From contig RDEW01000022.1 of the NCBI GenBank assembly GCA_011109175.1, positions 124,001 through 188,000 of the forward strand: a stretch of 64,000 nt of DNA, given 5' to 3'. Positions 40,546-52,519 of this stretch are shown here, in pieces. The stretch comes from Dicyema japonicum (Eukaryota; Animalia; Dicyemida). Both the position numbers and the translations under genes were made by a program. The first letter of the stretch is position 1. Each line of letters opens with the position of its first letter. The notes under the pieces were generated by a model, which searched no databases, had not been told where the DNA came from, and saw only the letters and a program-made list of their open reading frames with translations.

Positions 40546-41039
40546 TTTAATTATAATTAATTGATTTAATTTATAAAATGATAATAAAAAAAAAAAACTT
40601 GTCATCAACTGTCATGTCTCGTTCAATCAATAAGGTCATTGAAAAGATTAGACTGTTATTAGCAAATATCTTGGTGAATTTTATATCAACTCACGAATTT
40701 TCTATCAAAAGCTTTTTATGATTATTTTGTCTAAGAAACATTTCAAACTAAAAGTTCATTTTTATCACTATTTCAAAGGTTTTACTGTAAAAATATCTGT
40801 TTTTTTCATTCCATCTACTCACTCTGGGATCAATAGGTCACTAATCCTTATTTGAATATGATTTCTTTGCATTAGTGGAACATTAAAGTTTAAAAACTTA
40901 TTTGATTTATTGGATATCGTTTTCGAGTTAGGGGACAACTCACCTGTAGGCAAGTATCTTTACAGTACAAGACGTAGCTAACATATTCAAAATGTATCAT
41001 AATTTTGATACTGACATATTGAATTTTGAATGTTAGCGT

Positions 41040-41099
41040 GGTGTCATGTGGCTCATCAGAAATGGTGTCACCCATTCCAAAATGGAACGAAAAGAGCCA
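41040..41099 (+). ncRNA. Candidate HDV-like ribozyme fold at the element 5' end
   Basis: GGTGTC-ATG-TGGCTC-ATC-AGAAAT-GGT-GTCACC-CA-TTCC-AAAAT-GGAA-CGAAAA-GAGCCA follows the P1/J1-2/P2/P3/P4/J4-2/P2 order. P1 has a mismatch and P1.1 is not evident. Confidence 0.35.
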
Positions 41100-41173
41100 A
41101 CAGCTTCTCCCCACCGTCCGGTGGTCCTCACATCTCCTGTGTCTTCGACCCTGTCTGGTGTCCCCATTTATCC

Positions 41174-41220
41174 AGACTTTTGATTCTTCTATGTGGGACG
41201 TCGAAACCAATCCTGGTCCA
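41174..41220 (+). other. 2A-like (StopGo) peptide RLLILLC(G)DVETNPGP, broken by a 1-nt deletion
   Basis: AGA CTT TTG ATT CTT CTA TGT GG GAC GTC GAA ACC AAT CCT GGT CCA lies directly ahead of the APE domain. Confidence 0.8.
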
Positions 41221-44200
41221 TGGAGAAGTTTTACAATTATACAACTGAATACGAATGGGATCAGGAAGAAAATCTTGAACTCCGGGCACTCCTCCGCGAA
41301 AATGAGGCTGATCTCGCTTTTATACAGGAGTCCAAGCTATCTCCCTCCATTCCAACACTCTCTTTTCCCGGATACACAGTGATCCGTAAAGATTGTCAGG
41401 GAGGACGCGGAGGAGGACTACTTACTATTATAAAGAACGATGTTCCTTTTATGGATACAACTCAACGAACCTCAGAGCTTCTTGACTCCGACAAGACTTT
41501 GGAGCAGATTACTGTCAAATCGAGTTATTCCCGTCCTTTTGGATACATTTGGCTAATTTAGATATTCCTCCACAAGGATCCTGTACGTCATCTTACACCC
41601 CTGATTTATCACGCATTTCAACATTGAAAAATCTACTGTTATGTGGGGATCTTAATGCACGACATCCATTTTGGCTCATTTTCCCAATCCTCTGATAACC
41701 GATGATAACTCATTGCAAATTATCTTCATGACCTGATTATACTGAACAACCCTAACTCACATACGAGGACCCCATTAAGGATGACTGAAAGCTGCACATC
41801 CCCGACTTACACTATGCTCACCTTCTCTGGCTGGACTCATTTCCTGGAACGTCTTTTACGGCTTCTCCAGTGACCATAATTCAATCCTTCTAAAACTGAG
41901 AGGTCTTCGACGATACAGGAGACGGCCGACGGAATCAAAAAGATTCAAGGATTATACGATGGTTGACTGGTCTGGTTTCAGTAACTTGTGGATAAATTCT
42001 TGGCCCGAAGATTATCTTCCCCAATACGCTCTATTGATGAGGCCGCAGATATTATCAGCGCTGCCATTCGGAAAGCTGACCATATTTTTATTCCTATATC
42101 GTCATACAAGAAGTTTATTCCTACCCTCAGCTCTTATACAATAAGTCTTATAAAACAAAGAGACCGGCTGAAGAGATGCCATCTGTTGGACATGAAGTCT
42201 TTGACAGCCTCAACAAGGATCTCAGAGCATAAGAAAGGATCTGTCAGAGCATAAAAAAACAAGGACAAGAGATGGCAGCATCTAGTTAACCACCTCGAAT
42301 AAAAGGATCTGTCAGAGCATAAAAGAACACAAGGACAAGAGATTGCAGCATCTAGTTAACCACCTCGACAGGAAAAGTACATCCCGACATTTCTGGAAAA
42401 CTCTTAAACAAGTCAAGTCGGAACTGGATGATGCAGACGGAACCGGAAAGTCTTCTCCTGAACACTTATACCACCTACATCCTAACACCCTTATGAAACA
42501 TTACGCTGGAATTAGCTTCAAACCATTCTCGAAACACCTGGACATTAAGGTGCGTGCCCATAAACCGAAGAAGGAACCTTACCACGAACTATTCACAGAT
42601 GACCAAGTCTTGGATGTGATCACCAGATTAAAGAGCTCACGGGCGTGCGGGCCTGACAAAGTATCTTCTATTCACCTAAAACACCTAAGCCACTACGCAA
42701 TTGGCTACCTCACGCATATATACAACCTGTCCATTAACTATAATATTACTTCTCAAGATTTGGAAGAATTCTATTATCAGACCGATATTGAAGGCTGGAA
42801 AATCAGAGACAGAACCTGCATCCTACAGGCCTATTTCCGTTACCAGCACACTATCAAAAATTATGGAGAAACTTGTATTATCAGTCATTATTCCGTATCT
42901 TCCGCGTCCTATATTTCAACATGGTTTCCTCCGCGGTAGGTCCATCGCTACATACTTGGCAACTTTATCGCAGTTCATTGCCGACGGTTTTAACACCCAT
43001 CCTCCGCCTCACAAACGCACAATCTTGGTTTCTATTGACATCAACAAAGCCTTTGACACTGTTTCGAGGAAAATCTGGTTGGAACAATATTTTCTACTAA
43101 TATTCGTCCGAATGTGAAATTATGGCTGGCCAACTTTTTGTCTGGAAGACGTGGAAGAGTAGTCAGTGGTGATCTCAGATCTAGATCACGATTACTACCG
43201 AACGGGGTACCCCAGGGGTCTCCACTTTCACCAATTCTATTCAACCTATTCCTACACGACCTACCTAATGATGGAGACGAAGATTCCCTGCTATTATCCT
43301 ACGCAGACGATGTAGTCATTGCAATACGGAACCGCTTGACGCAAGTCGCATCCCTTAAAACTCAGACAAAATTGAACACTCTCCACGATTGGATTGTTGG
43401 CAATCGACTAACGATTTCTTCAACCAAGTCTATCTGTTCCACATTCACGTCGGACCGTCGTTCCAAGGATGAACCGAGTATTTTTATTGGTCCCGCTCGG
43501 ATTCCAGTGACAAGGTCCCCCACTGTCCTTGGAGTCATGTACGACAGCCTTCTCAAATTCAACTCCCACGCAACAGACATGATCACCAGGGGCCTCAAGA
43601 AAGTTAACGTTATACGCGCCCTTGTTCAGAGGACCACTAGGAACATGGACTTTTCCGTTTCTACCATTTACCAACAAACAATCGCGCCTGCCATTGAGTA
43701 TGCTTCCGTTGCATGGAGATTCGGGCTATCGGAGTCTATGGTCCAAAGAATCAACTCGATATACCGGAAAACAATCAGTATGCTTTCCCCACGTAATGGA
43801 TCAACAGTCGACCCACTACTCATGGAAGCTAAGATCCGTAGTCGTGGCTCCGGATTTCTTCGCGTCTGTGAGGAAGATGGAAATCCGCTTCGCCTGATCC
43901 TTTCCATGGCAAGAGAAAACCGATTGGATAAGAAATTCCCTCTCCGATCGGATTCCTCTGCAAGACCGAGAGAAGGCTCTTCCGGAAAGTAGCGGGGACG
44001 ATGGAAGATCACAGACGTCGAATGGCACAATTGATTGCGAGGACTGAGATCACCTAACTGTTTGACTCTTTTGTCTTTCTTTCTCGGTGTTCCCGGGGTT
44101 ATTAAATAAATAAATATTTTAAAATCAATAAAGTCAATTTTTTATGTAAAAATTTCTGATTTGTAAAATCAAAAAATAGCCCTAGTTATCAGTCTACCTT

Positions 44201-44510
44201 GCAATCTAAGGTTTAGTGACGCTGACGGGGGTTAAATAATAATAGCCCTTTCATACACGGATTTTGTTTTTTACTAATAAACGTCTTATTTTAAGAAAAA
44301 GAGTTGAACTTTGCACGAACTTTATTTAAAAAAAAGAGTTGAACTTTGCATGTAAATTATTTTTAACTTCTTTTAGTTGCCTGCGAGTCCCTTCAGTTCC
44401 GCAGGTATCACTGATGACTACGCCGATTGAAGTACGTCACGTTCAATTAAACGTTTAACTAACTTACATTAGCATTATTGATCCAGAACAACTGATTTTA
44501 AAGAAAAAGA

Positions 44511-44871
44511 ATGTCCCATCTAACTAAGGGATCTCATACAAGAGGGAGATCAAAACCGACGGGGACAGGAATCTTGGAGATATCAAATGATGTTGGAACT
44601 GAAAGTCAAGAGACAGGTGGATCACATGACGTCATAGGAAGAAAGTCAGAATTGGTTGCTGATGGTATGGTTAGTGTAATAAATGCTAGAAAAATATCCA
44701 AAATCTTTTTTGTTCTCTCTCACATCAGTAAAACGACAAATTCCAGATATCTTACTGACTAGTGGTGTAGCTGTGGGTTCGATTCCCACACTTTTATTTA
44801 TTTGGTCGAGAGATTCCTTACAGCTATTTTTTTCGTCTGTCCTAGAGACACCATCGGACCCACCTAATTAA
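44511..44871 (+). CDS. Possible small two-exon hypothetical protein
   Basis: A 25-nt GTATGG...GCTAG intron joins ORFs 44511-44762 and 44683-44871 in frame. No recognisable homology. Confidence 0.25.
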
Positions 44872-45799
44872 GGGAACGTCTAATTCTAGGAGACAACATA
44901 ATATCACCAAATTTTATTTAATTTTATAATTAATAAAATTAATTTAGCTTTAAATTAGAAAGCAATTGACCTGAGTATATAACATCAAAATCAATACTTT
45001 GTAACTAAGCAAGTAATATGGATTTGCAATTAAAAGAGCCAAAAAACATTGATGAATTCACAATTTATGTATTAAGTGGTATTATCTAGTTAAACTACAG
45101 TCTCAATTCTATTCAGGAGACTTTCGGGTCAATGTCCAACTCAGTTCTATCAATAAATATCATTTTTAAATTTATTTATTATTTAAAATAATTTCCTTAA
45201 TTTTTACTTGACGGGTTTAACAGAAAAGTTGAGGAAGTGGAAAGAAACATTGGGGGATTGGTTTCCCATGCTGGGATGGTTTATCGCAGATAACTCACTA
45301 AATTTCGCTTACTGATTTGATAAATTAAAATAAACTAGTTATCCTAATATTTATACTCCATATACGCTGAGAAAGCTTGATTTGAATTTAATCTGCGTTT
45401 ACGTAAGTGTAGCGGTCTATTTTTCTCATTTCGTGACAATTCAGAATTTCGAACTTAGTTCAAGACTCGCTCAAAAAATTAGGGCAGCACTATTTGTTAT
45501 ATGCCGATGAAGCGGAAAGAAACATTGGGGTCTTATTATTTTGGCTAGCAATTTGGGAATATTGATGCCAAGATCATGTCACGTGCTATGGTATTGATAA
45601 GATAGTAATTTTAGGAACATAGTTCTTCAAGAACTTCGAGTTTATGATTTCTCTAGATTCCATGCTCATGGAGGATTAGGTTTTTTTGAACCTTTGAATC
45701 CTCTATTTTCGTATTTTCAAAAAGTAGAGGTTGTACTGTATTTATTGCCACAACACTAATAAATATCGAGAAAAGCATTATTGGAATAAAAAACTATCG

Positions 45800-46524
45800 T
45801 AAAAAGCTCTATCTTGGAAACTTCATAAATTTTCCTTTATAGTCGTATTCGTTTAAATCCCAAACTACAATAAACACGAATAGACCCTGACATGTTTTTT
45901 TCATCCTTAATAACGTTTCCCAGTTGTAGCCGTAATTGTATCCATGGATAGTCGAAAGGCCTCAAAGGAGTTTTTAGGAGGTTCAAGTAACGCTCTTTGA
46001 GTACAAAATCGTAATTACAGGGTGCTGAAAAATCCCAGCATGTCTAGACAGCCATTTCCTATGCATTCAAAGTTATTTGTGTAAGCATATCCGTTTTTGT
46101 CGAACTTGATGACTGCAAAGCCGTGGTAGTCGGCTCCTAGAATGATCGTTTCCTAAATATATGGAACACACATTACTGTATATCTTACCCGATTCATTAT
46201 GTAATCTTGGACATACTTGCTTATATCTGATAATAATAACTGAATATTGTGCTTCCTGTAATCCTCTCTAAGTTATTTCTCGTAACAAGTACTCAACGTA
46301 ATCTTGGACAAAGCGACATATGTTTTCAAATTCGTGTATTGACCTTGCAAGCCCCAGTGCGATAGTTTCGGTGATTTGTGCTATCATGAAACTGTTGTTT
46401 GGACCGACTGAAATAATTAAACCACTACGGCAGGAATCGAATCTGAAGCAATCATTACCCCAGTTTTTTATCGAAAGGCGAACATTTTGTGTGATAGAAA
46501 GATACGTGAATATTGGGATTTCAT
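45800..46524 (-). pseudogene. Highly divergent proteasome-subunit-like (Ntn-fold) gene, with in-frame stops
   Basis: AFR*KTGVMIASDS, IAQITETIALG, LSDISKYVQDY and ETIILGADYHGFAVIKFDKNG...FECIGNG follow the order of proteasome subunit motifs. Short GT-AG introns are present; splicing is unresolved. Confidence 0.33.
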
Positions 46525-46689
46525 AGAGTAAAATTATGTAATATATTTATATGTAATATATTATTTAATAATAAATTAATTTGATTTTAAAATATTAACA
46601 ATTTAAAATAAAAATATAATAATTAAATTTCTCAAATAAATTATTTAATAAAAAATAAGACTATTTTTAACAAAAACAACAAGTCAGAC

Positions 46690-47150
46690 ATCAACTACCA
46701 AGAGAGACAATTTGTGCATCATTTGCGTTATTTGGGTGTCCCTTTTGGATGTAGAGGAGATTATGTTGAAGGTGCCAAAATGAAGAAAAAAGCTTAACAT
46801 TCACTTCTGTGTTTACGAAAACTCGATTTGAAAAAAGGAGACGTTTATCTTTATTTTTAAAATATTATTCTGCCCTCTCTCATCTACGGATGTGAAGGAT
46901 GGTATTTTCCTCAAAAAAACATAATAACCAGCCTTCTTGATAAGACTAGGAGGATGGCGAACAAGCTGGCTCTTGGTAATAAACTTGAAGAAGCACTGAC
47001 CGTTGACCAAGTCATTAAGGATCGTAGCATTAGAACGGATAAGGTATTTCTTTTATGGAAGAAAGTCAAAGACACGTACTTTCAGACGAGGCTTTGAAGG
47101 TAGAAGGGGGAAAACTACGAAAAAATCCAGCCCTCGTGGCAAGAATTTTA
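46690..47150 (+). mobile_element. Degenerate LINE RT C-terminal remnant
   Basis: LRYLGVPF and IILPSLIYGCEGW, with stops and frameshifts. Confidence 0.5.
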
Positions 47151-49689
47151 ATGTAATGTAATTTAGAGTAATTACAGCTCACTTTCCTTCAAATTTCGTC
47201 GTTCGAATGCTTGAAGACTGTAATTTTGATATAAGGGGGATATTCCCTTTTGTCATATGGTGGGTAATATGGATTTTTCTGAAAAAAACGTAATTACCCC
47301 CATTTCCTTGCAATATAAATAAACAATGAATTTAAACATTAGCGTTAGCGTAATGACTTCGATGAATCATTACCATGGCGACTTTTTTTTACTTTATAAA
47401 TCAGAAATTTTAATTTTTTGACTTTATGATAAATTTATCTACAAAAATTTTTTTAATATAAAAACTAATCAAAATCTTTTTTAAAATACGGAATATTTTA
47501 ATTCAAAACGTTTTCGTGTTTATAATTTCTCTCTTTAGATAGTAATTTTACCAATAAGGAAAAACTTCTCTCAGCAGGTAATGTGGAAGGACATTTTTTC
47601 AGATAGTAGAGAAATATGTTGTATTTTTATTTTTTGTGCTAGAAAGCATTCGCTTCCAGATGCCTCCTGATTCTACATACATCGTCCTAGTAGTGCAATT
47701 CCTGAATGTGTTCAACAGCGTATTCTATTGTGAAAAAAGGTTTCTTCTGGCTTTTTTTATTGATTCACATATACAGTAATATTGGCATAACATTGCTGGT
47801 AAATTTGTACAATTATCTGACAATTATTTCGAGTTAGCCTGAGAAGACAATGAGCAGCATGATCTGAAAAAATTTTCTTGAGCTTCTACTCAAGGAAGAG
47901 TCTTCAGTGAATCTGACATTGTGATCTTACCCACAAATTAAAAAAAACGGCCGTCTGTTGATTCTGGCCTCGCTAAGTGGCCATCTAAAATTCTCCCGGT
48001 GTTTTAATCGCGAGATCCGACGCACTTCCTGTACGCCCGTGTTACACGTAGAAGTTTAAGAAGCGGCATTTGAAGTCTCGTTCTCCCTACAAGATCTCAG
48101 AATTGACGAAGATCAACTTTACGTGATAAACTACAGCCAAAACGACATCTATAGTCTTTATACTGACCAAAATTCGGGGATCTGTGACTAACACGTGGGT
48201 TTAAAAGACTATTTGGGGCAGCCGAAATAGTTCTTTGTGAACTATTCAGTAGCTCCAAATAGTGGCTTTTAATGGAGTTTGAGAAAGATTATCCCTAACC
48301 CTAACCCATCCTTATCTGTTTTTCTTTATCAGAATAAATCAATTATTTTTGTTAAAAAACCTTTAATCCCCAGCTAGTCTTGTGGCTAGGATGTTATACA
48401 TGTAACAAGGTTCTTTCATATGCTCTGTCCCTTTCTCGCTTATTCAATCAGCGTGGTGTCATGCGATCCATCTATTTTGGAAGACACTCAGTGATAAAGA
48501 ATAGTATTTTCTTTCCCTTACACAACTGGATCATATTTTGGAGGGGTCACCTGTGGTTTACATGGACTTCTAAAAGTGGTTTTTTGGTTTTATCAAAGCT
48601 GCTTATATGTTTTAATTATTGCATCAATGAAGTTATCCTTATAAAAAATATAGAGTGTAAGTTAACTAAAAAACGACTTCCTATGATGTAGGAATTTTCT
48701 ACGGGTCGGGGGGAGAAGCTTTTTTCTACATGTTCCGCAGAATTACATGTGGATTGTGATGCATGGTTTAATGTGGGTAAAGTAAACACATAAATTATGA
48801 CACGTGGGTTGGGTAACAGTAAATTAAAATGTCCTAAAATTATTTCAAATTTGCCAACAAATTGTGAAAAAATAAAAAATATTGAATAACCAGAATTCTC
48901 TTAGACTTTGATAACAGTCCATTACCGTATACAAAAATTTTGGATTTAGGTGAACCTTTCTCGCTGTTTTCTTTCATTAAAGTCAGATTATAGGGTTTAT
49001 CATAATTATATCGATAATTGTATAATTAATTACTATGATGATCATAGAGTTGGAGATAGAATTCCCCTTGGGGTCCAATAAACTTTCCATGTAGACACGG
49101 CATCTTTCATTAGAAACGTGAACTTCTTGCTTTACCCACGATTTCTGATAATTTATGTTACTGATAGTTAGTTTAGTAACTCAGGCCTCACTAACCTGTA
49201 GGAGACCTATTAAGTAGGACGCAGGAAATACCTGTCACTCACATAGATCGGTAATCTTGGCATTGTAGACGAACAGTGTACTAATTCAAATAAATGATCT
49301 GTTGTCAACTCAAAAAGGTTGCAGAAGGAACGTAGGACATCTTGTGCAGCATCCATTTTACATACGTACGTTTGTACAGGGGGTGATGGCCACATCTTAA
49401 AAGAGCCAGGGATACCAGGATGTCGATTGGAGGAAGGGGTAGGCGTATGTAACTAAGATAATTAAATTGATAACCAAATTAAAGAAATTTTTTTATTTTA
49501 GTAATCATTGAATATCTAACTCCGGAGACTCCTAATATCTGTGCAACATTTAAAACCATCTCACTATTCCCAACTTCAGTAGGTTATGTAGTCCAATTAA
49601 GTCACGTCCGACCCTTGGAGATCTCATGAACGAGTTTCCTCCACTCTTCCCGATCCGTTGCAATTTGGAGTAGCCTTGATATAGGCATT

Positions 49690-50090
49690 CCCGTGACGTC
49701 TTCCACCATGAATAGTCACCGAGTCCTCGGTCGGCCAGGTCTTCTCTTTCCAGTAATATTGCTCAGCATAATGGTTCTTTCCAGGGAATCAGAGCGGACA
49801 ACATGGCCAAAGAACGCCAATCTGTGTTTTACAATTCTTCCTTCTAGCGAAATGTCCGTCTCTACCCGTTTGAGTACATCGATGTTTGTTATTTTGGAAG
49901 TCCAAAGGATTCTTAATAACCTTTTCCAGCACCACAGTTCAAAAGCATCAATTTTTCGTCTATCCGCATTTTTCAGTATCCATGATTCTGCGCCGAATAG
50001 AAAAACCGGGAACACGATTACATTAACCAGTATGCATTCTGTCTTTAAGCAGATATCTTTGCTTTTCAAAATTCTATTCATTCTCTGGAC
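49690..50090 (-). mobile_element. RTE-1/BovB-type LINE 3' fragment
   Basis: IVFPVFLFGAESWIL...RRKIDAFELWCWKRLLRILWT...RLAFFGHVVR...LERTIM...GKRRPGRPRTR. Confidence 0.85.
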
Positions 50091-50569
50091 CTAACTTCAG
50101 TAGGTAGACTCTCACAATGGCGGATATTGAAAAGGAAACTAATCCAACAAAAGGAACTGGATAAAACCTCTTTCAAGTATATCAAGAATTATTTTAAAAA
50201 TATCAGAAAATATGAGGTAATCCTACAAATCGAAAGGATCTATCAGAAGGTCGAACATCTCATATATTCGCTATTAATCGGTGCAACAAAATCAATTCGA
50301 AAAGGGAAACAGTTTGCAGAATCGCAGATTAACTTTAGCCACGTGGGAGTCAACCATAAAGATAGTGAATAGTACGGATTGATCATTGTGAGACGATTCA
50401 GTTCAATTGGATCCACAAATAAGGTTCATGCTTCAAATTACCTCTTGTACTCTATTCGCCACGTCAGTTCCAACATTTCCTTGGTTTGAGCACTATTTCG
50501 AGTAACAATAATTTTTGTTTTTAAATTTATCTTTTTCAAAATAAATTTAAATTAATTGATGTGTGGCAA

Positions 50570-51578
50570 ATGGTCGAAGAATTATTTAGTAGACTAAATG
50601 GACTTTTTTCAGTTTATAAGAGTTCCCATCATTCACCAAGAGAATTATCAATTCTTCTTAAGCACTACTTACAGAAAAGTATACACACGTGTTATTATTT
50701 AGATTTGTCACAAATTTACAGCTCCTCTTTAACTTCTCAGCCAAACCACGTGGATGATAAAATCGGTTTTATGTGCTTTTTAAAGTCAGTTTGCCACAAT
50801 AAATTCCATTCCGATGATTTCACCTTTATTAACATCTCTCTTTTAGAAAAGCACATGTCTTGCGTTAACGGTACTTTAATTTATCAGATTTACAGTTATT
50901 GGAATTGGGCCACGTGGTCTGAAATTAGGGAGAGATTTGCGAAGATACAATCCGCTAAAAGTAACGATGGTGGTGAAAGTGCAAGGTTTTTCAAGTCACA
51001 GGGCAATTGGGGATCGTCAGCAGCGATTTTTCCGTTCGCGGAAGAATATTGGACAGAAGGTCATATGCCCACGTGACCCTGAATAAGATCACGAGGATTC
51101 TGAACAGAGTTGAGTCTGGGTACAAAAAACTTCAGTTCGAGTTAGTACACGTGCGTAGTTGACAGTTACTCGGGAGTATCAATGGACAGTCACGAGGCAT
51201 ATGATTTGGCCGTGGGAGGGCAGATTAGGCCGAAGATGACTTCTTCCGAGAAGGTTCCGTTGATTTACTTCATAAAGTGCATATCCCTGAGGAGACCGTT
51301 CTTTATACTGGGTAGTGGGGGTAATTTACTGAGAAATACACATCACTAACGAATCGGAAGGATTCCTGAGGGAGCTGATTCATGAAATTGGGGTTGAGAT
51401 GCGGTCGGGGGCTGTCTGCAAGCGGATTAGGTGTATTAGGTTTGGGACCTTCCAACTGGAGGAGTCGTTAGTGCAATCTCAGTGGAATGTCCATAATTTC
51501 ATTGATCATGTCGACTTGTTCAAGAATCTTAATTTTGAGAACTTTTCACAGCACTTGTTGCCTCTGAATAAATTGTGA
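50570..51578 (+). CDS. TRUB2: TruB-family pseudouridine synthase 2 (mitochondrial type), intact, five micro-introns
   Basis: Introns 50679-50702 (24 nt, in-frame so less certain), 50871-50895 (25), 50961-50985 (25), 51141-51165 (25) and 51312-51333 (22). Protein: LFSRLNGLFSVYK...VIGIG...VTGQLG...GRILDRRSYAHVT...HEAYDLAVGGQIRP...LRELIHEIG...AVCKRIR...QWNV, colinear with animal TRUB2. Confidence 0.9.
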
Positions 51579-52084
51579 CTTATGATTCTGTGCTGGTTGG
51601 TAGTTGCTCTCTTGGTGGATCACCTATACGCGTTCCACATATAAGTTTATTTAGAAACTACAGAATGGGAAAACGCATTCAGTCGTTCCAATTGTGGAAA
51701 CCTTTCAAATGCAATGGGAGAAAACAAATGATATTTTAGTGGTGTTCTTTCAGGGGACGTATTACATGATGCCACTTTAGTAGAACAAGAGAAGATAAAA
51801 AGCTGAGAAAAGAGAAACCTTTGACCAAGTAGAAAGTGGAAGGTGAACAATGACAAGTACATTCAGTGATCAAGAATCCATAGGAGGAGAAGTGGGAAGT
51901 AAAAATTCAGTAAGGTTGTAAATTCTCCTAGGAATGCTACATTTGGAAAAACAAACAGAATGATCATTTAAAGCGTCAATTTTGAGGTTTTCTTTGTTTA
52001 AAAGCTTAATATAAAATATGCAAAAATTATTTTTATAATATTTAATTAATATAATATTTATTAAAAACAAGAAAGCTATGCCTT

Positions 52085-52480
52085 TACGTCATGGGGAATC
52101 AGTCTGTCCTGGACGAACAAACAAAGAATCCGGGACATTCAGGCCTTAACAGCCACTACTACTAGTAATCTCGGGAAACTAGAAAAACTAACACCCTCAT
52201 CGCTTGAAGACCTTATCCGACAAAATGGAAAGGGATTTGCTGCCCTGTGTAAGCAGTGCAACTCTCAACAATACAAAGTCACGACGTGTCTTATGAGAAG
52301 GGAATACATCACCCCTCTCCAATTCTATTCCCAAAACCACCCCACCCACAGAGAAGTTGTGTTGGATCCCAGAAGGCGCACGAGGAGAAAATGAGAAATC
52401 TGATTGAGGCCTTCGAGATCACTTATTTAATTTAGTAATTAAATTGACTATTGTGTTTTTGGGTTAATAATAATAATTGA
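52085..52480 (+). mobile_element. 3' fragment of a Vingi-like LINE subfamily
   Basis: Reverse-complement paralog of 59815-60200, ending GAGATCACTTA...GGGTTAATAATAATAAT. Confidence 0.75.
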
Positions 52481-52519
52481 TAAAGAAATCTGTCATTTTC
52501 ATGTTATTTTGTTCTTTTA

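Larger units (their letters stand above)
41037..44113 (+). mobile_element. Ingi/Vingi-like LINE (2A-like peptide + APE + RT, no RNase H seen), full length but frameshifted
   Basis: QLNTNGIRKK...FIQESKL, CGDLNA, GPDKV, RPISVTS, FQHGF, DINKAFD, GVPQGSPLSPILFNLF, YADD. It ends in ...CCCGGGGTTATTAAATAAATAAATA. The clade call rests on single-ORF layout, the 2A motif and absent RNase H. Confidence 0.86.

Noticed and set aside
38480-40600. Spliced-leader or snRNA target next to the CRE element
   Set aside because: No Sm-site or leader/donor structure is recognisable in either flank.
44773-44789. tRNA T-arm hairpin GTGGG-TTCGATT-CCCAC
   Set aside because: No convincing D-arm, anticodon arm or acceptor stem at the expected spacing.
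46380-46480. Stop-codon reassignment, suggested by in-frame TAA/TAG in degenerate genes
   Set aside because: Intact models end at TAA (61141) and TGA (51578), and LINE ORFs end at TAA/TAG beside their 3' termini. Intact coding regions contain no internal stops.
48293-48307. Telomeric CCCTAA x2.5
   Set aside because: Too short to distinguish from chance.
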